DNA of 10,160 bases from Ignavibacteria bacterium (GTDB lineage Bacteria; Elusimicrobiota; Endomicrobiia; PHAN01), in NCBI GenBank assembly GCA_041694835.1, contig JBGFRZ010000046.1:1-10160 (forward strand), written 5' to 3'. Position numbers and translations under genes: made by a program. This document shows, one piece after another, positions 8,097 to 10,160 of the stretch. The notes below the pieces were generated by a model. It made no database searches and had not been told where the DNA came from. It was given only the letters and a program-made list of their open reading frames with translations. Every line of letters starts with the position of its first letter. The first letter of the stretch is position 1.

Positions 8097-8663
8097 ATGA
8101 CCGGTAAAGAATTTTTTGAAAAAACCACTCATACAAAAAGCGGTTTCATAGATGATTTTTTTTCTCTTCTGAAAGAAAAACAAATTGATTACTGCGTTAT
8201 AGGCGGCCTTGCAGTAAATGCTTACACCGAGCCCGTGGTGACTCTTGATCTCGATATTGTCATTGCTGTTCGTAAAACTAAAGAGCTGGTCGATGATTTA
8301 AGAAAAAGATATAAGGTCAAAGAGTTCCCGCGTAGCATAAACATATACACTGAAAAATCTGATCTAAGAATACAGATACAAACTACTCCGAAGCTGCAAA
8401 AATGTTTAGACCACGCTTCTGAGAAAGAGGTGTTGGGGTATAAACTTCGCGTAGCGTCTATTGAAGACGTTTTCAAAAGCAAAATCGCATCGGCCGTCGA
8501 ACCTGAAAGACGCCAGAGCAAACGCGTAAAAGACTATGCGGACCTTCTAAGATTAATGGAAGTAAAACCGGATTTAAAAGAGCTGTTGCCGGATGAGTTG
8601 CGCGTAATTTTGTTCAAAGATCAGGAAAACGTCAACAAAAGAAGTTTCGGGCGGACATTATGA
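8097..8663 (+). CDS. Pol-beta superfamily nucleotidyltransferase, AbiEii/DUF6036/MenT-like toxin type
   Basis: YCVIGGLAVNAY...TLDLDIVI (GG...DxD), VASIEDVFKSK and C-terminal KRVKDYADL (KDxxDL). Confidence 0.8.
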   Translation: MTGKEFFEKTTHTKSGFIDDFFSLLKEKQIDYCVIGGLAVNAYTEPVVTLDLDIVIAVRKTKELVDDLRKRYKVKEFPRSINIYTEKSDLRIQIQTTPKLQKCLDHASEKEVLGYKLRVASIEDVFKSKIASAVEPERRQSKRVKDYADLLRLMEVKPDLKELLPDELRVILFKDQENVNKRSFGRTL

Positions 8664-8959
8664 AAACTCTTGAAGAGATAAAAAACATTGTTGCGCTCTA
8701 CAGAGATGATATCCGAGAGAAATATAAAGTAAAATATCTCGGAGTTTTTGGTTCATATTTGCGTAACGAACAAACTGAAGAAAGCGATATTGATATTTTA
8801 ATTGAATTCAACGAACCCGTCGGCGGGTTTCATTTAATAGCAACCGAAACTTTTTTGACTTCTATCTTAAACCAAAAAGTCGATCTTATTCCAAGAAAAG
8901 CAGTTAAAGGTGAATTTGAAAAAAATATTCTAGAAAATTTGGTGTCAGTAATAATATGA
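8660..8959 (+). CDS. Minimal nucleotidyltransferase (MNT) antitoxin, copy 1 (MntA-like)
   Basis: VFGSYLRNEQTEESDIDILIEF = GSX10DXD; KVDL; 99 aa; ATGA-coupled to the downstream HEPN gene. Confidence 0.92.
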   Translation: MKTLEEIKNIVALYRDDIREKYKVKYLGVFGSYLRNEQTEESDIDILIEFNEPVGGFHLIATETFLTSILNQKVDLIPRKAVKGEFEKNILENLVSVII

Positions 8960-9349
8960 AAAAAAATACTAATGAATATCTTCAGGATATGCTTTTTTGT
9001 ATAGACCGAATTGATAACACCGTAAAAGATGTTTCCTTTGAAGAATATACTTCTAAAATAAACAAAATAGACATTGTTGAAAGGAATTTAATCAAAATGG
9101 GAGATATTGTGGAAAGAATATCGCCAGAAGTTCAAAAACAATATGAAAATATTCAATAGGGCCGAAATAAAGAGTTTAAGAAACAGGTTGACTCATGAAT
9201 ACCCCGATATAAAAAATGATATTGTTTGGGATATCATAAAAAAAGATCTGCCAGAATTAAAAAAAACTATTATCGAAGTCCTTGTTGAACTTAACACAAA
9301 ACAAGAAAAGTTCTCCCGAAAGAATTGTGGGGGAGGCGGGGTACTATAA
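8956..9349 (+). pseudogene. HEPN (DUF86/HepT-like) RNase toxin, copy 1, frameshifted
   Basis: N-half 8956-9159 (YLQDML..I..I, VERNL..MGD.V.RI) and C-half in the +1 frame (AEIKSLRNRLTHEY..I..DIVWDII..DLPEL). Deleting A9158 restores the conserved Trp (NIQ-W-AEI vs NIP-W-KEM in copy 2) and a 130-aa ORF. Confidence 0.88.
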
Positions 9350-9357
9350 TATGAAAA

Positions 9358-9654
9358 ATGAAAACTCTTGAAGAGATAAAAAGCATCATACACTCACATA
9401 AGCAAGAATTAACTAACAAATATAAAATCAAATCGCTTAGCGTTTTTGGTTCATATGTCCGTAATGAACAGAAGGTTGACAGTGATTTAGATTTACTAGT
9501 TGAATTTAACGAATCAATTGGAATGTTTCATTTTTTAGATGCAGAAGAATATCTAAGTAATATCCTAGACCATAAAGTGGATTTGGTTCAAAAAGGTGCT
9601 ATGAAACCCCATATTGAACAGCGAGTATTGAAAGAATTGGCAGAGATTTTATGA
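9358..9654 (+). CDS. Minimal nucleotidyltransferase (MNT) antitoxin, copy 2 (MntA-like)
   Basis: VFGSYVRNEQKVDSDLDLLVEF = GSX10DXD; KVDLV. First 25 nt identical to copy 1; about 47/98 aa identical by manual alignment. Confidence 0.93.
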   Translation: MKTLEEIKSIIHSHKQELTNKYKIKSLSVFGSYVRNEQKVDSDLDLLVEFNESIGMFHFLDAEEYLSNILDHKVDLVQKGAMKPHIEQRVLKELAEIL

Positions 9655-10049
9655 ATAAAAACAACAGAATAAAAGATTATCTGAATGATATAATAGAGTG
9701 TTGTGAGAAAATAGAGAAATATGCAGCCACTATCTCTTTTGAAGACTACTGTAAGGATTCTAAAACAATAGATGGTGTAGAGAGAAATATCATAAAAATC
9801 GGAGATATTGTTGAGAGAATTCCGAAAGAATTTCAGGAAAAGAATAGTAATATTCCCTGGAAAGAAATGAGAGCAACTAGAATAAAGCTGACTCATCATT
9901 ATCCGAGTATTAACAACGAAACAATTTGGAAGACCGCAAAAAACGATATCACTTCTTTGAAAAAGGTGGTAGAAACAGCAAATAGTCTCACTCATGAGCA
10001 AAATAAAAAAAAGGTAATACCTAATCAAAGTGCACCAAATTTAGTATAA
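9651..10049 (+). CDS. HEPN (DUF86/HepT-like) RNase toxin, copy 2
   Basis: DYLNDIIE..EKI, VERN...IGD, IPWKEMRATRIKLTHHY (RX4HXY) and IW.TAKNDI..L; 132 aa; ATGA-coupled to MNT copy 2. Confidence 0.88.
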   Translation: MNKNNRIKDYLNDIIECCEKIEKYAATISFEDYCKDSKTIDGVERNIIKIGDIVERIPKEFQEKNSNIPWKEMRATRIKLTHHYPSINNETIWKTAKNDITSLKKVVETANSLTHEQNKKKVIPNQSAPNLV

Positions 10050-10160
10050 TGAGAGTGTTGAAAAAGTCAGTATTTAGCAAAGCCAGCGCCATTTAGCCGG
10101 TAGGTTTAGCAATTTATGTTTGAAAAATTGCTGACAGTTCTTTCAATTTCTGAATTTTCT

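Noticed and set aside
7949-9198. Amber read-through (pyrrolysine or TAG reassignment) as the explanation for the two TAG breaks
   Set aside because: In-frame read-through hits TGA after 4 codons at the first site and after 12 codons at the second, and does not produce the HEPN RNRLTHEY motif. A +1 frame change is required.
9107-9349. Independent 80-aa gene
   Set aside because: It is the C-terminal half of HEPN-1 in the +1 frame. Its first ~18 residues are out-of-frame sequence.
531-10028. Minus-strand and short alternative-frame ORFs in the track (531-737, 1607-1951, 1689-1874, 2229-2420, 2827-3096, 4110-4298, 4249-4440, 5150-5521, 5196-5411, 6380-6574, 7115-7393, 7802-8068, 8222-8521, 9193-9393, 9588-10028)
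   Set aside because: All overlap better-supported + strand genes or the IS remnant and show no recognisable motifs; treated as shadow ORFs.

Overview
AT-rich bacterial window with all recognisable genes on the + strand and two distinct halves. Left half (154-7168) is a surface-glycan (LPS/EPS/S-layer-type) biosynthesis and modification cluster: CgeB-like glycosyltransferase, Zn-finger class I SAM methyltransferase, B12-binding radical SAM enzyme, GT2 glycosyltransferase and an AsnB-type amidotransferase that carries an unusual in-frame repeat-rich insertion. asnB is bracketed by pieces of an IS1595-family element: an orphan right end at 5057-5136 and a 291-bp internally deleted copy with TIRs at 7199-7489. 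Right half (7548-10049) is a tightly coupled putative operon: XRE HTH regulator, an unknown protein split by a +1 break, an AbiEii/MenT-like nucleotidyltransferase, and two tandem diverged MNT-HEPN(DUF86) toxin-antitoxin pairs. Most notable: (i) three nucleotidyltransferases and two HEPN RNases in one operon; (ii) two reading-frame breaks in that operon with the same A-TAG-G context, each repaired to a Trp codon by deleting one A, and these are the only TAG stops among the called genes; (iii) extra basic or Gly-containing C-terminal tails on the toxin-like proteins. No rRNA, tRNA or CRISPR array was seen. Family assignments come from motif recognition by eye; no database searches were run.
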